Source of the DNA: Malacoraja senta
Taxonomy: Eukaryota
Direction of reading: 5' to 3'
Length of the DNA: 20,000 nucleotides
Assembly (NCBI GenBank): GCA_038087875.1
Contig: JAXLNO010000627.1
Coordinates: forward strand, 544,776 to 564,775
Below, in pieces: positions 19,875 to 20,000 of this stretch (position 1 is the first letter of the stretch; each line of letters opens with the position of its first letter). The notes beneath the pieces are model-generated. The model was given only the letters and a program-made list of their open reading frames with translations, did not search any database and had not been told where the DNA came from. A program made the translations under genes and the position numbers.

Positions 19875-20000
19875 AAACATAAAATGTCTGCTGACCAAAG
19901 TTGCTGAATATGTAGCTGTAGGCTTCAGGAATTTGTGGTCAGGAGAAATACACATTGTCCTGCTGTTACTGCATATTCGCGACTATGGTATTAACTGCAC

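Overview
Eukaryotic, repeat-saturated DNA. The mix of CR1/HER1-type LINEs, V-SINE/HE1-type SINEs and Penelope-like elements points to a cartilaginous fish, probably a skate or ray (inference). The standout is a 5'-truncated endogenous retrovirus at about 15155-17171. It comprises an integrase C-terminal tail (WVHLHHCK), a splice acceptor, an env gene, a polypurine tract and the start of a 3' LTR that is cut by a young CR1. The env (15387-17069) reconstructs to about 559 aa if three single-base insertions at homopolymer runs are removed. Its TM subunit is colinear with filovirus GP2 (Cys-clamped internal fusion loop, ISD, identically spaced NAT/NIT sequons), yet it lacks both the SU CXXC motif and the third Cys of CX6CC. 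The window also holds palindromic, TSD-flanked Penelope-derived mini-elements carrying minimal hammerhead ribozyme cores, and a candidate host gene built of paralogous micro-exon/intron units of about 300 bp (TEN[K/N]G peptide repeats). Boundaries of decayed repeats are approximate. All homology calls are by eye from remembered motifs; no searches were run.
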